50,993 bases of DNA from a virus (Duplodnaviria > Caudoviricetes): the IMG/VR virus record IMGVR_UViG_3300005732_000004, positions 1 to 50,993 of that record; one strand, 5' to 3'. The translations under genes were made by a program, and so were the position numbers. The notes under the pieces were generated by a model, which worked only from the letters and a program-made list of their open reading frames with translations, was not told the origin of the DNA and searched no databases. Shown piece by piece: positions 35,531 to 45,317 of this stretch. Every line of letters begins with the position of its first letter. The first letter of the stretch is position 1.

Positions 35531-36157
35531 TCATGAAGGTTCATAGAAAGCAACCGAAATAGAAAGCGGGTTATTTGATCCTGATATATTAGTGACCCTA
35601 AACAGGTAATCTTCACTAGATTTCAGAATATATTCTTCGAATGAAGTGGCAATCGCTCCTGTTGATTTGCCAGTTCCCCCGCCTGGAGCCAAATGATCGG
35701 CTAAAATAGTGCCATCCGCTGATGTTGTTGGAGTATGATATACAGATGTAACAGCGGTGTTAGCCGATGTTCTGTTTCGATTGACTGGCGTTATCGCAGT
35801 TCCGTTATCTGTTACTGTCGGGTTTTCGAATATTTGAATTCTAGCATCCCCACCAACCCCCGCTTGAAATCTTATATGAACGGATTGGCTAGCATCCGTG
35901 CTGATGAGCATTTCAATCGTTTCGTCATCAGCTACGCTTTCACTAACATAATCTGCCTCAAATGCTATCCCATTATGGATTTGCTTATGAACCATGTTTT
36001 GAGTAACAAGTGCGTTTGCGGTTGCATCAACTTCGACAAGCTCACCACTAGACCCACCAACGAGCATGACCGCAACAACCTCAGCATGGGAACCGTCGCC
36101 CATGTCTCTTAGTCGCCTAGATGTGTCTGCCGCCGATGGGTAAGTTTTGTCTGACAT
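35531..36157 (-). CDS. putative virion structural protein
   Basis: Beta-rich; NGTAITPVNRNR; head module. Confidence 0.75.
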   Translation of the reverse strand: MSDKTYPSAADTSRRLRDMGDGSHAEVVAVMLVGGSSGELVEVDATANALVTQNMVHKQIHNGIAFEADYVSESVADDETIEMLISTDASQSVHIRFQAGVGGDARIQIFENPTVTDNGTAITPVNRNRTSANTAVTSVYHTPTTSADGTILADHLAPGGGTGKSTGAIATSFEEYILKSSEDYLFRVTNISGSNNPLSISVAFYEPS

Positions 36158-36522
36158 TAGCCAATAAGCACCGTAAATGTGCCTGATTTAGTATCGCCGC
36201 CTTGGGCAATAACGATTTCTACACGGTCACCAGCCATTGCGATAGGTTCATAAATCTCGTTGGTCCCGTCATAGGTCACGCCGCCACCGACCTGATCAGT
36301 GACGGGAACACGAGGGTAAACGCTTTTAGCAGCGTTCACATTTGATTCGGTCCACAAGCCTTCGCCTGTAGCCTCGGAAGTGATAGTAAAGTCCACACCA
36401 TCCGCAAAATCAGTCTTTGCGTAGTGAATAGACAAGATGCGGCCATGATCTACACTGATATAATCAGTAGCATCGCCATCTGCATCCGTTGTTATTGTGA
36501 CTGATTTGCGTTGAATGAACAT
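36157..36522 (-). CDS. putative virion structural protein
   Basis: Beta-rich Thr/Gly/Asp composition; head module. Confidence 0.75.
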   Translation of the reverse strand: MFIQRKSVTITTDADGDATDYISVDHGRILSIHYAKTDFADGVDFTITSEATGEGLWTESNVNAAKSVYPRVPVTDQVGGGVTYDGTNEIYEPIAMAGDRVEIVIAQGGDTKSGTFTVLIG

Positions 36523-36531
36523 TATTTATCC

Positions 36532-36945
36532 TTAGACCGTGATTACTGGTGGAGCCGCAACGCCAGCAGTGCCGAGAATAACCCAGCCAATTGTATCGTC
36601 AATATATTTCAGTGCGGCAGTATCACCCGCATCAGCGAAAACAATTGTTGCAAAGCCAGAAGATGTAGCTGGTGTAAGCGTACCATCACCACCGCCATCT
36701 GTTACTAGTGCGATAACGATTTCTTGATTCGCAACGCCATCAGCTAAAGTCAAAGCTTCAGCATCGGCACCAGTTGTTTTAGCAACATAAAGTGCGGTGA
36801 TTGGAATAGCCAATGAATCTGCAGCCGATGTTGTTGACGCATCGAAACGGCTATCGGTGAACGTTGAGCCGCTTTCAAGTTCCAAAGTGCCGCCAACTTT
36901 CCAGCTTGCCCCACCTTGATCCATTTGGTTTGAAGTGTTGGACAT
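36532..36945 (-). CDS. putative head fibre/decoration protein
   Basis: QGG...VGGTLE.ESG; LTLADG..Q; AGGAGG RBS. Confidence 0.75.
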   Translation of the reverse strand: MSNTSNQMDQGGASWKVGGTLELESGSTFTDSRFDASTTSAADSLAIPITALYVAKTTGADAEALTLADGVANQEIVIALVTDGGGDGTLTPATSSGFATIVFADAGDTAALKYIDDTIGWVILGTAGVAAPPVITV

Positions 36946-36965
36946 AACGTCCTCCTATAGATTGA

Positions 36966-36990
36966 GAAAAGAACGGGGCCGGAGCCCCGC
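36966..36990 (-). terminator. intrinsic terminator after the capsid decoration gene
   Basis: CGGGGC/GCCCCG stem followed by TTCTTTT on the minus strand. Confidence 0.75.
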
Positions 36991-37003
36991 GCTAAACTAG
37001 CGA

Positions 37004-37438
37004 TTAGCTAGGTGGGTTATCCGTTGGCGCATGAAGTGGGTTGCCAAGGATTGCGACACCAGCCAAGAAAATGTTGCCAGAATCGTTACCTGAAGGCGTA
37101 ACCGTCATGCGAACATAACGCTTGTTGCCTTTATAGCCGATTTTACGACATTCATTATCATCAGCAAAGGTAAAGCCCGCTAGGGCCTCGGTGCCGATCA
37201 ACTGAGCATCAGCAACAGCCGCATTATCGGTCAATGATGAATTGTCACCATCTTCAACCAAAACCGCAAAAGTTGCGTCCGCATCTGTGTTGGTGCCAGT
37301 GACTAGAACCAATTCGCACGATTCATAGCCATAGGTATCAATGATTGCCGAAACAATCGCTGTGTTATCCGTCCGAGCCGCAACAGGTACGATCAATGGA
37401 ACGGGGTGAATGTTATTGTGAAGATCACGAGAAGCCAT
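37004..37438 (-). CDS. capsid decoration/cement protein
   Basis: Directly after the major capsid gene; IDT.GYE...IGY.G.KRYVR. Confidence 0.8.
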   Translation of the reverse strand: MASRDLHNNIHPVPLIVPVAARTDNTAIVSAIIDTYGYESCELVLVTGTNTDADATFAVLVEDGDNSSLTDNAAVADAQLIGTEALAGFTFADDNECRKIGYKGNKRYVRMTVTPSGNDSGNIFLAGVAILGNPLHAPTDNPPS

Positions 37439-37472
37439 TTGGCCAACTCCTTTTTCTAAAGTGAATGTAAGC

Positions 37473-37488
37473 AGGGGCCGAAGCCCCT
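37473..37488 (-). terminator. UUCG hairpin after the major capsid gene (terminator or stabiliser)
   Basis: AGGGGC-TTCG-GCCCCT on the minus strand. Confidence 0.6.
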
Positions 37489-37500
37489 ACCAATCAGCCG

Positions 37501-38835
37501 TTAAGCTGTGATTTCGAGTTTGCGAATGGCTTCAGCCAAAACAACCTGACCGCCAACACGCTTGCGCATGATAAAGCGGACGTTACCAGATGTTGCCTGT
37601 GTATATGGGTCACGCATCATTTCCATTGTGATACGGTCAACCCATGTATAAGCACGGCGGAAGTCGCCATATGCTACAGGGAACAAGCCAGCGCCGATAT
37701 CAGGCATGTCAGGCAATTCTAGATACGGGTCGCCATCAATGGTATTTGCCGCGCCTTGTGCAATGCCTGGGGTCCAAAGATAGTTACCAGCACCATCTTT
37801 AAGCTTGCGAACAGCGCCGATGGTGGTGCGGTTCATTACCCATGTTGCATTACGAGAATATGCGGTTTTAATCGCATGTTTCAATGACAGCAGACCATCG
37901 CCATTTGTAAGCGTAGCAGCTTCGCCTTGCGCCGTAGAGCTAACATCGCCATTGGTCATAAAGCCTTCAGGCTGGCCAACGCCAGTACCAGAAACAAACG
38001 CCGTACCTTCACCAACAGCGAACTGTTCAGAAGATTCGTCAGTGATTTCGGCTTGCATGTTGAAAGCGCTATCTTCGAGCATCGCATTTGAGATGTCGAT
38101 AAGGGCATAACCCTCATGAGTAGCGATTTCTTCAAGGCCGTATGTCAAACCAGTTGTTTCTGATTTAGTGCCTTGTTCTGCAACCCACTGCATTGCGAAT
38201 TGGCCAGTACGCTTTGGAATCTCAACTGATTTGTTTGCTGTCTGGCGAACACGCGCAAGCGCACGAACGGGTGACATCAATGTTTCAGCTTTGATGATTT
38301 CACGAACCAACTCAGTAGGAGCCAAATAGCCGCCTAGTGTGTTTGTGCCAACATTAAGCGATTTGTATTCAGCACGAACTTCGTCAAGAACTGATTTTTG
38401 ACCCTCAGTAAGATTGGCCTCGCCTGTAGTGTGGATGCTGACAACGGCCCGCGCCCAATCATTAACACGATTGGCTTTTTCTTCAGGATCGCCAGAAGGT
38501 GAACGCTTAAAAGCAGTTTCAAGAGCGTCAAAGTTTTCTTTAAGCTCTTTCAATGCAGCGTCAGTCTTTTCGGCCATAGCCGCTTTTTGGCTGATGTCTT
38601 CGAACTTGTCGAGAACGCCGTTGATCCGCTCTGTCTTTTCTTCAGAAAGGATATCAGCAGAACCAACTTTTTCAATCTCAGCAAGGCGCTGATCGTTAGC
38701 AGATTTGAACTCCTCAAAAGCAGTCATTACCTTTGAGACAGCTTCCTTGGTGTCGGTTGGGGCGTTGCCGCCTTTGTTTTGACCTTCGTCTTTGACCTCA
38801 AGAGGCGCAAGACGCGAGTTTTTATATTTAGTCAT
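37501..38835 (-). CDS. major capsid protein, HK97 fold with delta domain
   Basis: GGYLAP.E; WVAE; LEDS; KLKDG.GNYLW; YGDF; RDPYT; KRVGG. Confidence 0.95.
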   Translation of the reverse strand: MTKYKNSRLAPLEVKDEGQNKGGNAPTDTKEAVSKVMTAFEEFKSANDQRLAEIEKVGSADILSEEKTERINGVLDKFEDISQKAAMAEKTDAALKELKENFDALETAFKRSPSGDPEEKANRVNDWARAVVSIHTTGEANLTEGQKSVLDEVRAEYKSLNVGTNTLGGYLAPTELVREIIKAETLMSPVRALARVRQTANKSVEIPKRTGQFAMQWVAEQGTKSETTGLTYGLEEIATHEGYALIDISNAMLEDSAFNMQAEITDESSEQFAVGEGTAFVSGTGVGQPEGFMTNGDVSSTAQGEAATLTNGDGLLSLKHAIKTAYSRNATWVMNRTTIGAVRKLKDGAGNYLWTPGIAQGAANTIDGDPYLELPDMPDIGAGLFPVAYGDFRRAYTWVDRITMEMMRDPYTQATSGNVRFIMRKRVGGQVVLAEAIRKLEITA

Positions 38836-38860
38836 TTTCGTTTTCCTTATTGGAACAAAG

Positions 38861-39565
38861 TTAAGCTCGCAGCATCGCTGCAAACTGTTCAAGAGCCTCG
38901 ATATCATCTTGGCTCGAAGTGCTGACATCATCCCGATGGTTCAGCTTGGTGTCTGCTTCGTCCCGAAGGTCAGACTTAAATCCACTTGCCGCAATCGATT
39001 TAGCAGCGCCAGCGGAAAATCCACCCTCCTCTCGGAGGAATTGTTCAAAATCTCTGATCGTTTGGATGCCTTGTTCGCCTTTAACGGCGCTAATCATGGC
39101 TTGCTGGTTCATTGGGAACGTTACAATTGACGTTTCCATAAGCTCAGCTTTAAGGATTGTGCGGATTTCATTGTCGCGATCATAAGAATAATCTTGTGTG
39201 CGATAGCCAATGGACAACCCGTCCAAAGCGCCAGCCTTCATTAGTTCATGAGTTTCTTTGCCATCTTGAACGCCCAGCATCAAATGGCCCTTAACAAAAA
39301 GCCCCTTAGCGTCAGATGATATCTGGTCCCAAACACCAATAACTCGACGTGTATCATGATGCAAAAGCATCTTGACCTTGTTAGCGCCCCGCGTCCGCAA
39401 GCTCTCGTCAAAAGCACCAGCCTGTACGATGTCGCCGCCTAGATCAATATTGCCATAAATACTGGCATATCCTTCAAACTCGCCGTTCTCACTTAGCTGT
39501 TTGGTGTCAAATTCGGCAACGCCGCCAATAGACCCTTTGAATTGGGTGTCTTTTAGTTCATACAT
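38861..39565 (-). CDS. HK97-type prohead protease
   Basis: FEGYAS.YGNID.GGD.V..GAF; MLLHHD; LDGLSIGY; E.SIVTFP.N. Confidence 0.95.
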   Translation of the reverse strand: MYELKDTQFKGSIGGVAEFDTKQLSENGEFEGYASIYGNIDLGGDIVQAGAFDESLRTRGANKVKMLLHHDTRRVIGVWDQISSDAKGLFVKGHLMLGVQDGKETHELMKAGALDGLSIGYRTQDYSYDRDNEIRTILKAELMETSIVTFPMNQQAMISAVKGEQGIQTIRDFEQFLREEGGFSAGAAKSIAASGFKSDLRDEADTKLNHRDDVSTSSQDDIEALEQFAAMLRA

Positions 39566-39608
39566 TTACTTAACTCCTTGACCCAATGCTAAGGGTTTGC
39601 TTGTTATT

Positions 39609-39868
39609 CTACTCATTATCGAGGTCCGGTTCAATGCCTACTTCGATTATAACTGGTGGATGCATGGTCCCTAGAATGCTTAGATATACCGGAGCGCCGT
39701 TTTGCAACGCTTCCAATTCACCCGCCGTTGGCTCCCATGCCGTAACCATTCGGTTTGTCTCGATGTTTGTTGCGCCATCAATTACCAATTCGTCACGAAC
39801 AGGCACCCAAGATAGCCTTGAGATTTGCCAAGTATGCGGGTGTGATTTTGTATTTTCTTGATCAACAT
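39609..39868 (-). pseudogene. small conserved phage gene split by a 1-nt frameshift
   Basis: ATG 39868 gives MLIKKIQNHTRILGKSQGYLG, then the -1 frame gives VPVRDE...MVTAWEPT.GEL.AL..GA.V.L.ILGT.HPP. Confidence 0.6.
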
Positions 39869-40887
39869 TAGTTCAAGGCCTCTGCTAAAAAGTCGATGCG
39901 GGTTTCTACAAAACAGCGACATTGAATTCCAAAAGGTGCTGTCATAAAAGCCCCTTCTGGCGTTTGAAACGGCTGATTTAGCCCAACACCATCAGCATTC
40001 ATGCCAGGGATAAGAACATGGTCATCTCTAACCCGTTCATCGCCCGCCGTATGTGCATAGCGCTTAATCGCGTCCTCTTTGATAGCGCCCGATTCAACCG
40101 CTTGTCTGTACGCCTCGCGATTAGCTTCATTCAATGCCGCTAATGTTTCATTTCTAGCGATTGTCTCAGCCCGATAGCGCAATGACTTGTTGCGATAGGC
40201 CGCTAACATCTTACGACGTGTCGCCGCTGGTATTGGCTTGCCTTCGCGTATTGCTTTGGCAACGGCCCTATCAAAACGCCTATCCCGCAAATCTCTTGTG
40301 AGCGCATTTCTTAGCAATGCAGGATCGTCAGATAGCAATTCGTTCAAATAGTTCCGCTGCCACTGCTCTTGACGTTGTGTTAAGCCGATCAACCCACCTA
40401 CGCGATTACCTGTTTTTGGGTTAATTCTACCAACCAAATCAAGTGCAACTGTTTTAGGGTTTAAACCACGTGATAAACCATCTCGCAGCGCTGCCCGTAT
40501 CATTTCACGCTGATCATTGACAATATCAGTAACAAGCAATGACGATCTTTGAGCGATCCACTGTTCAGCCCGTAGATTGCGAACATCAAACCGAATAATG
40601 ACCTGCGCACCGCGTGGGGCCGCTTTCTCAACAGCTTGTGCGGTTCTTATGCCGCCGCCTTCGTATACGCCTTCCATTTCGCGGGTTAAAGGACGTAAAT
40701 CAAGCGGGTCAAATCCGATTAGCCTAACAGCTTCTTCGATATCACCGCGCCGAATAGCCGCCTCAACCTCGGTTATCTTAACGCGACTTGTGACCTGATT
40801 AACTGAAGCTAAGAATGCGTCCTGCATATTAGGTTCAAATTCATCGGCAAGCCTGTTTAGCAATTGAGGGTCAATGCGTTTAGCCAT
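39868..40887 (-). CDS. minor head protein (Mu gpF/SPP1 gp7-like)
   Basis: RAETIARNET; GDERVR..H; IQCRC. Confidence 0.9.
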   Translation of the reverse strand: MAKRIDPQLLNRLADEFEPNMQDAFLASVNQVTSRVKITEVEAAIRRGDIEEAVRLIGFDPLDLRPLTREMEGVYEGGGIRTAQAVEKAAPRGAQVIIRFDVRNLRAEQWIAQRSSLLVTDIVNDQREMIRAALRDGLSRGLNPKTVALDLVGRINPKTGNRVGGLIGLTQRQEQWQRNYLNELLSDDPALLRNALTRDLRDRRFDRAVAKAIREGKPIPAATRRKMLAAYRNKSLRYRAETIARNETLAALNEANREAYRQAVESGAIKEDAIKRYAHTAGDERVRDDHVLIPGMNADGVGLNQPFQTPEGAFMTAPFGIQCRCFVETRIDFLAEALN

Positions 40888-41056
40888 TCAGCTTGTCTAA
40901 CCGCTTTATGCTTGTTTCGTTCATAGCTATAGACCGATTAAGAGAAGCATTGGCTTGATCTAACAAATCCTTCGACTGCTCTAAATTGTGTCGGCAAGCC
41001 CCAACGCCTAAAATAAACCCTAAGACAATACCGCCAGCAATTCCAAAAAATATCAT
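40880..41056 (-). CDS. 58-aa membrane-anchored protein (not in ORF track)
   Basis: MIFFGIAGGIVLGFILGVGAC...; GAGGA RBS; fills the portal-gpF gap. Confidence 0.6.
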   Translation of the reverse strand: MIFFGIAGGIVLGFILGVGACRHNLEQSKDLLDQANASLNRSIAMNETSIKRLDKLNG

Positions 41057-41058
41057 TT

Positions 41059-42489
41059 CTATTCCTCTGGATTGTCCTCAGTGTCAGCCCCGTCAATGTC
41101 GCCACGATCTTCAGGCACATCACCCAAAAGCCCTTGCAAGATATCATCGGCACCAACAAGAAATTCTTCAAACGTGTTATCAGCACCAACAAGACCAACA
41201 TATTTCAGATAGCGCCATAGTGGCTCCATCATTGAACTGTCAGCTTCCGCCGCTTTCGCTAGGTTAGCCAGCACACCCGCGTCAATCTTGCGTTGTGGCA
41301 TATCTGGCTGAGGCTCGAACTGTAGCGCATCGCGGGCTTCATCACGCGATATGAGGCCAGATGTCCAAAGCTCATTGGTGTTTTTCTGGCGAATTTCACG
41401 CCGCAAGCTTAACGGTTCAACTGCATCAAGATCAGGTTCAAGCCTTAGATCATCACCGAACTTGGGGGCCAGCCAGATATTGAGATGATCAACAATCATC
41501 TTTTGAAGCGGCAAAACCGTTTCTTCGTATAGGGCCAACTTAGCTTCGCGCTTATTGTTGTACGTGCTTTGCCCCGGCAATAGCAGATCAATAGGAACAC
41601 CGCGAACAATGCAGATATCTTGAGCCGCATCAAGTTTGGTTTCGGTTAGCTGTAATTGCTCCATAGTCATAGCAAATTGAATCCAATCAACATTGCCATT
41701 TGTGACCATTGGTCGCCCATGGTTGCCCGAACCAGTATGACGGTCAATCAGCTTCTTTTCAGCCGCTTCGATGAACTCTGGCGGTGCGCTTGTTTCGTTG
41801 CCATCCTTTTTAATGGGCTTATAAACCAGCATACCGGACGGTACAGCGCCGTTTTGCAGAACCGCCATGTTATGCGCACCAGCTTCGTTATGGCGATCTA
41901 TGGCGTATGCCGCTGGCTCCGTTGGTGATAGCCCGTACCAATCATTAGTTGGGTGGAACCGCTTGATATGGCAAATCTTGCTTTCACCCGTGATCGGGTC
42001 AACAGGCCAACGCTTTGATTTTCCGTTCGCGCTGTATTCATAACCAGATGGTAAGCCATGATTACCCGCGATAACCTTCATCCGGTCAGGACGTAGCGTC
42101 CAAATCTCTTTTGGTGGCGCGTTTTTACGATCTGGGCCTACACCTTCAAAATATCCGTTACCCGCAATCTGCAAATAAGTTGCCATTGCTTCGAGCATGA
42201 ATGGCAATGTCTGCCCAGGGGCAGGGCTGTTTAGCAAATCAAGCAATTCGCTATTATCAATGAGCTTGTCGCCCTTGAACAGCAATAGCGGTACTGAGCT
42301 AACAGCTTGAGCGGTCATTACAATGCAGCGATAGTCAATCGCGTTGCGAATATAGCCTTCTTTTGCGAATTGTTCGTAATCACGCTTTGACCAAACAGGA
42401 CTACCCGCGCCCATGCCCGAAATAACCGTACCCGCTTCGCTGGCCTTTTCTTCGCGCTTGAACCACGTTCTAGGGTCATGAAGTTTCAT
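41059..42489 (-). CDS. portal protein (HK97 family)
   Basis: LRPDRM; HIK.FHP..DWYGLSP; NGA.PSG; TY.N..EA; position after terL. Confidence 0.93.
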   Translation of the reverse strand: MKLHDPRTWFKREEKASEAGTVISGMGAGSPVWSKRDYEQFAKEGYIRNAIDYRCIVMTAQAVSSVPLLLFKGDKLIDNSELLDLLNSPAPGQTLPFMLEAMATYLQIAGNGYFEGVGPDRKNAPPKEIWTLRPDRMKVIAGNHGLPSGYEYSANGKSKRWPVDPITGESKICHIKRFHPTNDWYGLSPTEPAAYAIDRHNEAGAHNMAVLQNGAVPSGMLVYKPIKKDGNETSAPPEFIEAAEKKLIDRHTGSGNHGRPMVTNGNVDWIQFAMTMEQLQLTETKLDAAQDICIVRGVPIDLLLPGQSTYNNKREAKLALYEETVLPLQKMIVDHLNIWLAPKFGDDLRLEPDLDAVEPLSLRREIRQKNTNELWTSGLISRDEARDALQFEPQPDMPQRKIDAGVLANLAKAAEADSSMMEPLWRYLKYVGLVGADNTFEEFLVGADDILQGLLGDVPEDRGDIDGADTEDNPEE

Positions 42490-42554
42490 TAATTTTCCTT
42501 ATGATCCTATCGCAACAAACAGCGCTGCATTTACTTAATGTGCGCATATATTGG

Positions 42555-44003
42555 CTAACCATTAACGTACCATTCAAATTCTTCACCGCCAAGCGCCAAT
42601 TCGTTAAAGGCTCGGCTTGCTGCGTCGGTTTGGTCCTTGAACGTCCCATTAGGGAAATTACAAATCTCATCTAAAAATGGTTCAATCCAAGCATCTTTAA
42701 CTTGGTCGCCTGTTCTTAGTATATCAACATTACCCGCCTCAGCTTGCGCAGATAACGGGTCAGCCCTTGTAACCTTATCGCCGCTTTCTGGCGTTGCCCT
42801 TGCGCCAAAACCTGCTAATTGCTTAACAAGATATTGCGCTTGAGCCTTGCCAGCTTGACCTGGGTCTTTGGGTAGCGATATGCTACATTCCGTTCCGTCA
42901 GCGTTTGCCGTGCTAATAATTAAACGCTCAGCACCACCAGCGGTTAATTGCCCTCTTGTGGAATGGGCTATGATAAACCTACCGTCCGGCTGTTTACCAA
43001 TCTTTACGCCAGCGGTAAAGGCCGCTTTCTTATCAGCAGTTGCCGCCAAATCCCACCCGCGAACGAATTTAGTATTAGAAGGAACCGCCCTTGCAGTACC
43101 GAACCATTCCCGCTTAAACAAGCCGCCTTCGCGTGGAACTGGTCTTTGTTGAAATTGGCCAGCAACAGCGAATGAACCCATAACCTTTTTGTCGCGGTCA
43201 ACGACTTCTCTAGGGAACCGTTCAGGAAACAACAATTCGCCTTCTTCAGTTCTAGGGTCTTCAAATCCGATGGATGTGTAACACTTACGGCTCGGCTCGA
43301 ACTCCATAGGCAAGCATAAGTGCTCATATCCAAGATCACGCGCCAGAATATAGCCGGATACATCATTTTCGTGCAATCGCTGCATAATGATGATGATTGA
43401 AGATTTCTTTGGATCGTTCAAACGTGTTGGCAATGTTTCGGCAAAAACCCTGTTCGCGGTATCGCGCTCAGTTTCGGAATATGCCTTTTCAGGTGATAAC
43501 GGGTCATCCCAAATAACAATATCGCCGCGTTTACCTGTCATTGACTTAACAGCGCACGATTGCCGCCAACCGCGCTTTACGTTCTCAAACCCCGTCTTTT
43601 CGTTCTGATCACTTGTTAGGGGCAGCGGCCAACGCTCTTGATACCAACCAGATTCAACAAGTATACGGTTGCGCCTGTTATCCCTTGTCGCCAAGCTTTG
43701 TTCATATGACGCGCCAATAATGCGCGATTCAGGCCAACCATACGGCCCCCAAACCCATGATGGCAAAAATACACTTGTCGCTGTACTCTTGCTTGTTCCC
43801 GGTGCGATATTAATCAGCAACCTTGTTATATCACCCTTAACCGTAGCTTCTAGGTGTTCACCCAACGCATCCATGTGCCAACCATGAACGTATGGAATGC
43901 CAGGCTCAATCTGTGGCCATGATCTTTTGATGTAATTGCTTAACGACCTTTTGCAGTATTCCCGCTCTATCGCTAGGAGATCAGCTTTCGTCAGATGCTT
44001 CAT
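42555..44003 (-). CDS. terL: terminase large subunit
   Basis: RLLINIAPGTSKS; TGKRGD..IWDDP; MQRLH..D; WDLA; DQTDA. Confidence 0.95.
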   Translation of the reverse strand: MKHLTKADLLAIEREYCKRSLSNYIKRSWPQIEPGIPYVHGWHMDALGEHLEATVKGDITRLLINIAPGTSKSTATSVFLPSWVWGPYGWPESRIIGASYEQSLATRDNRRNRILVESGWYQERWPLPLTSDQNEKTGFENVKRGWRQSCAVKSMTGKRGDIVIWDDPLSPEKAYSETERDTANRVFAETLPTRLNDPKKSSIIIIMQRLHENDVSGYILARDLGYEHLCLPMEFEPSRKCYTSIGFEDPRTEEGELLFPERFPREVVDRDKKVMGSFAVAGQFQQRPVPREGGLFKREWFGTARAVPSNTKFVRGWDLAATADKKAAFTAGVKIGKQPDGRFIIAHSTRGQLTAGGAERLIISTANADGTECSISLPKDPGQAGKAQAQYLVKQLAGFGARATPESGDKVTRADPLSAQAEAGNVDILRTGDQVKDAWIEPFLDEICNFPNGTFKDQTDAASRAFNELALGGEEFEWYVNG

Positions 44004-44586
44004 CTTGAGCCGCTAAAATTTCCGCCATTGCTTCAGGTGAAAGCTTTGTTGGGTCAATGTTTGATTTAGGCGACATTGAACCGTCACTTGATGAGTGATC
44101 AATCTTGTCAACAAACATACCTAGGTGCTTGCCAAGATCAACCAGTGCCGCCTTTTTATCGTGCATCTTGATCTTAACACCAGCTTGCGTAAGAGATACC
44201 TCAGAAACAGCCGCCGCCGTGTCATCATCAATCTTACTGCTAGGGACCAGCTTGACGGGATACATACCTAGCCCGTTCTTGTCCGCGTTGACATCAGTAT
44301 CATCTACAGGGCTAATGCCCCATTCAACAGCATTACGGATATCGGCGAACGCGATTTTCTTTAACTCAGATACAATCATGTCTTGAGTTACTTGCGTTCT
44401 TTCTGCCCGTTCTTGCAAACGCTTCTCAACTAGAGCCTTAATGTTAGGTTTAGTTAAGTTCTCACTTGCGATTACATTTGCCGTATCTTTGCTATACCCC
44501 GCACGTATTGCCGCTTGTGTTCCGTTAAGGTCTACAAGGTATTCTTGGACAAACGCTTGTTGTTTTGGGGTTAGCTTATCAGCCAT
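43981..44586 (-). CDS. terS: terminase small subunit
   Basis: LTPKQ..FV.EYLVDLN.TQAAIRAGYS...K.HDK..AL..LGKHLGMF. Confidence 0.95.
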   Translation of the reverse strand: MADKLTPKQQAFVQEYLVDLNGTQAAIRAGYSKDTANVIASENLTKPNIKALVEKRLQERAERTQVTQDMIVSELKKIAFADIRNAVEWGISPVDDTDVNADKNGLGMYPVKLVPSSKIDDDTAAAVSEVSLTQAGVKIKMHDKKAALVDLGKHLGMFVDKIDHSSSDGSMSPKSNIDPTKLSPEAMAEILAAQDEASDES

Positions 44587-44609
44587 TTAATACAAAACCC
44601 TTGTGGTTG

Positions 44610-44801
44610 CTACTTGTTAACCTGAGTGTTAATCGTCTTAGAGGCACTATATCGGGATACCTCGCACCATGGGCTTACGCCTAATGGCGGGTAAATAACG
44701 GTATAAGGTAATACAAAATCGCCCCAATTAACCTGCATATGGGCCGCATTAGTTGTTGCTTGCCCGTTTGGGCCTACAAACTTCATACGTAAGGCTCCCA
44801 T
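44610..44801 (-). CDS. hypothetical protein
   Basis: Short ORF in the late operon; start uncertain. Confidence 0.5.
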   Translation of the reverse strand: MGALRMKFVGPNGQATTNAAHMQVNWGDFVLPYTVIYPPLGVSPWCEVSRYSASKTINTQVNK

Positions 44802-44992
44802 TCAGACCCTACACACCGAATCCCACAAGCGCCGACTTCACCACTAAGCGCCCGCCCATACATCACTTCGTAATTTTCAAGCCACACCCATGTGCCATCG
44901 GTCATTTGCGTTGGGAATAATGCAAAACATCGCGTCCAATTATCCACAACGCGATCTATCCATTGTTGTTGCGTTTCGCCCTGCCATTTCAT
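44783..44992 (-). CDS. hypothetical phage protein
   Basis: W..CFALFP....DG.WVWLE motif. Confidence 0.7.
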   Translation of the reverse strand: MKWQGETQQQWIDRVVDNWTRCFALFPTQMTDGTWVWLENYEVMYGRALSGEVGACGIRCVGSEWEPYV

Positions 44993-45132
44993 GCGTATAT
45001 ATCATCCCCTGCATTGCTCAAAGCCTTTTCCATATCTGGATCAAGCTGTGTTTGCTTTTCCAATAGGCTTGAATAGAGGGAAATGATTGCTTCAGATAAT
45101 TCCTTATCTGCGCTGTTAGGTTTTTCGATCAT
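44989..45132 (-). CDS. 47-aa hypothetical protein (not in ORF track)
   Basis: MIEKPNSADKELSEAIISLY...; ATGA coupled to the next gene. Confidence 0.55.
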   Translation of the reverse strand: MIEKPNSADKELSEAIISLYSSLLEKQTQLDPDMEKALSNAGDDIYA

Positions 45133-45279
45133 TGCTTTCTACCCTAAATTTAGAGACAGAAAAGCCATAGCGAACGCTGGTTTAACCGCGCTCTGGGCCT
45201 CTGTCGAGCCTCGCCCTTTGTGGGTGGCTCGGTGGTTTCGCTTGGTATTGTGCGAAGATCACAGAAATCATCCGCCTAC

Positions 45280-45309
45280 AATTTAACCTGATTTGCGTTG
45301 AAAATACAA
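45280..45309 (-). promoter_or_regulatory. candidate late promoter downstream of the nusG-like gene
   Basis: TTGTAT-17/18-TTAAAT/TAAATT followed by a GC-rich leader. Confidence 0.45.
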
Positions 45310-45317
45310 GCTGTTTG

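Noticed and set aside
19700-44400. Many plus-strand ORFs of 60-190 aa across the structural module
   Set aside because: They are antisense shadows of well-supported minus-strand genes, with no RBS or recognisable motifs.
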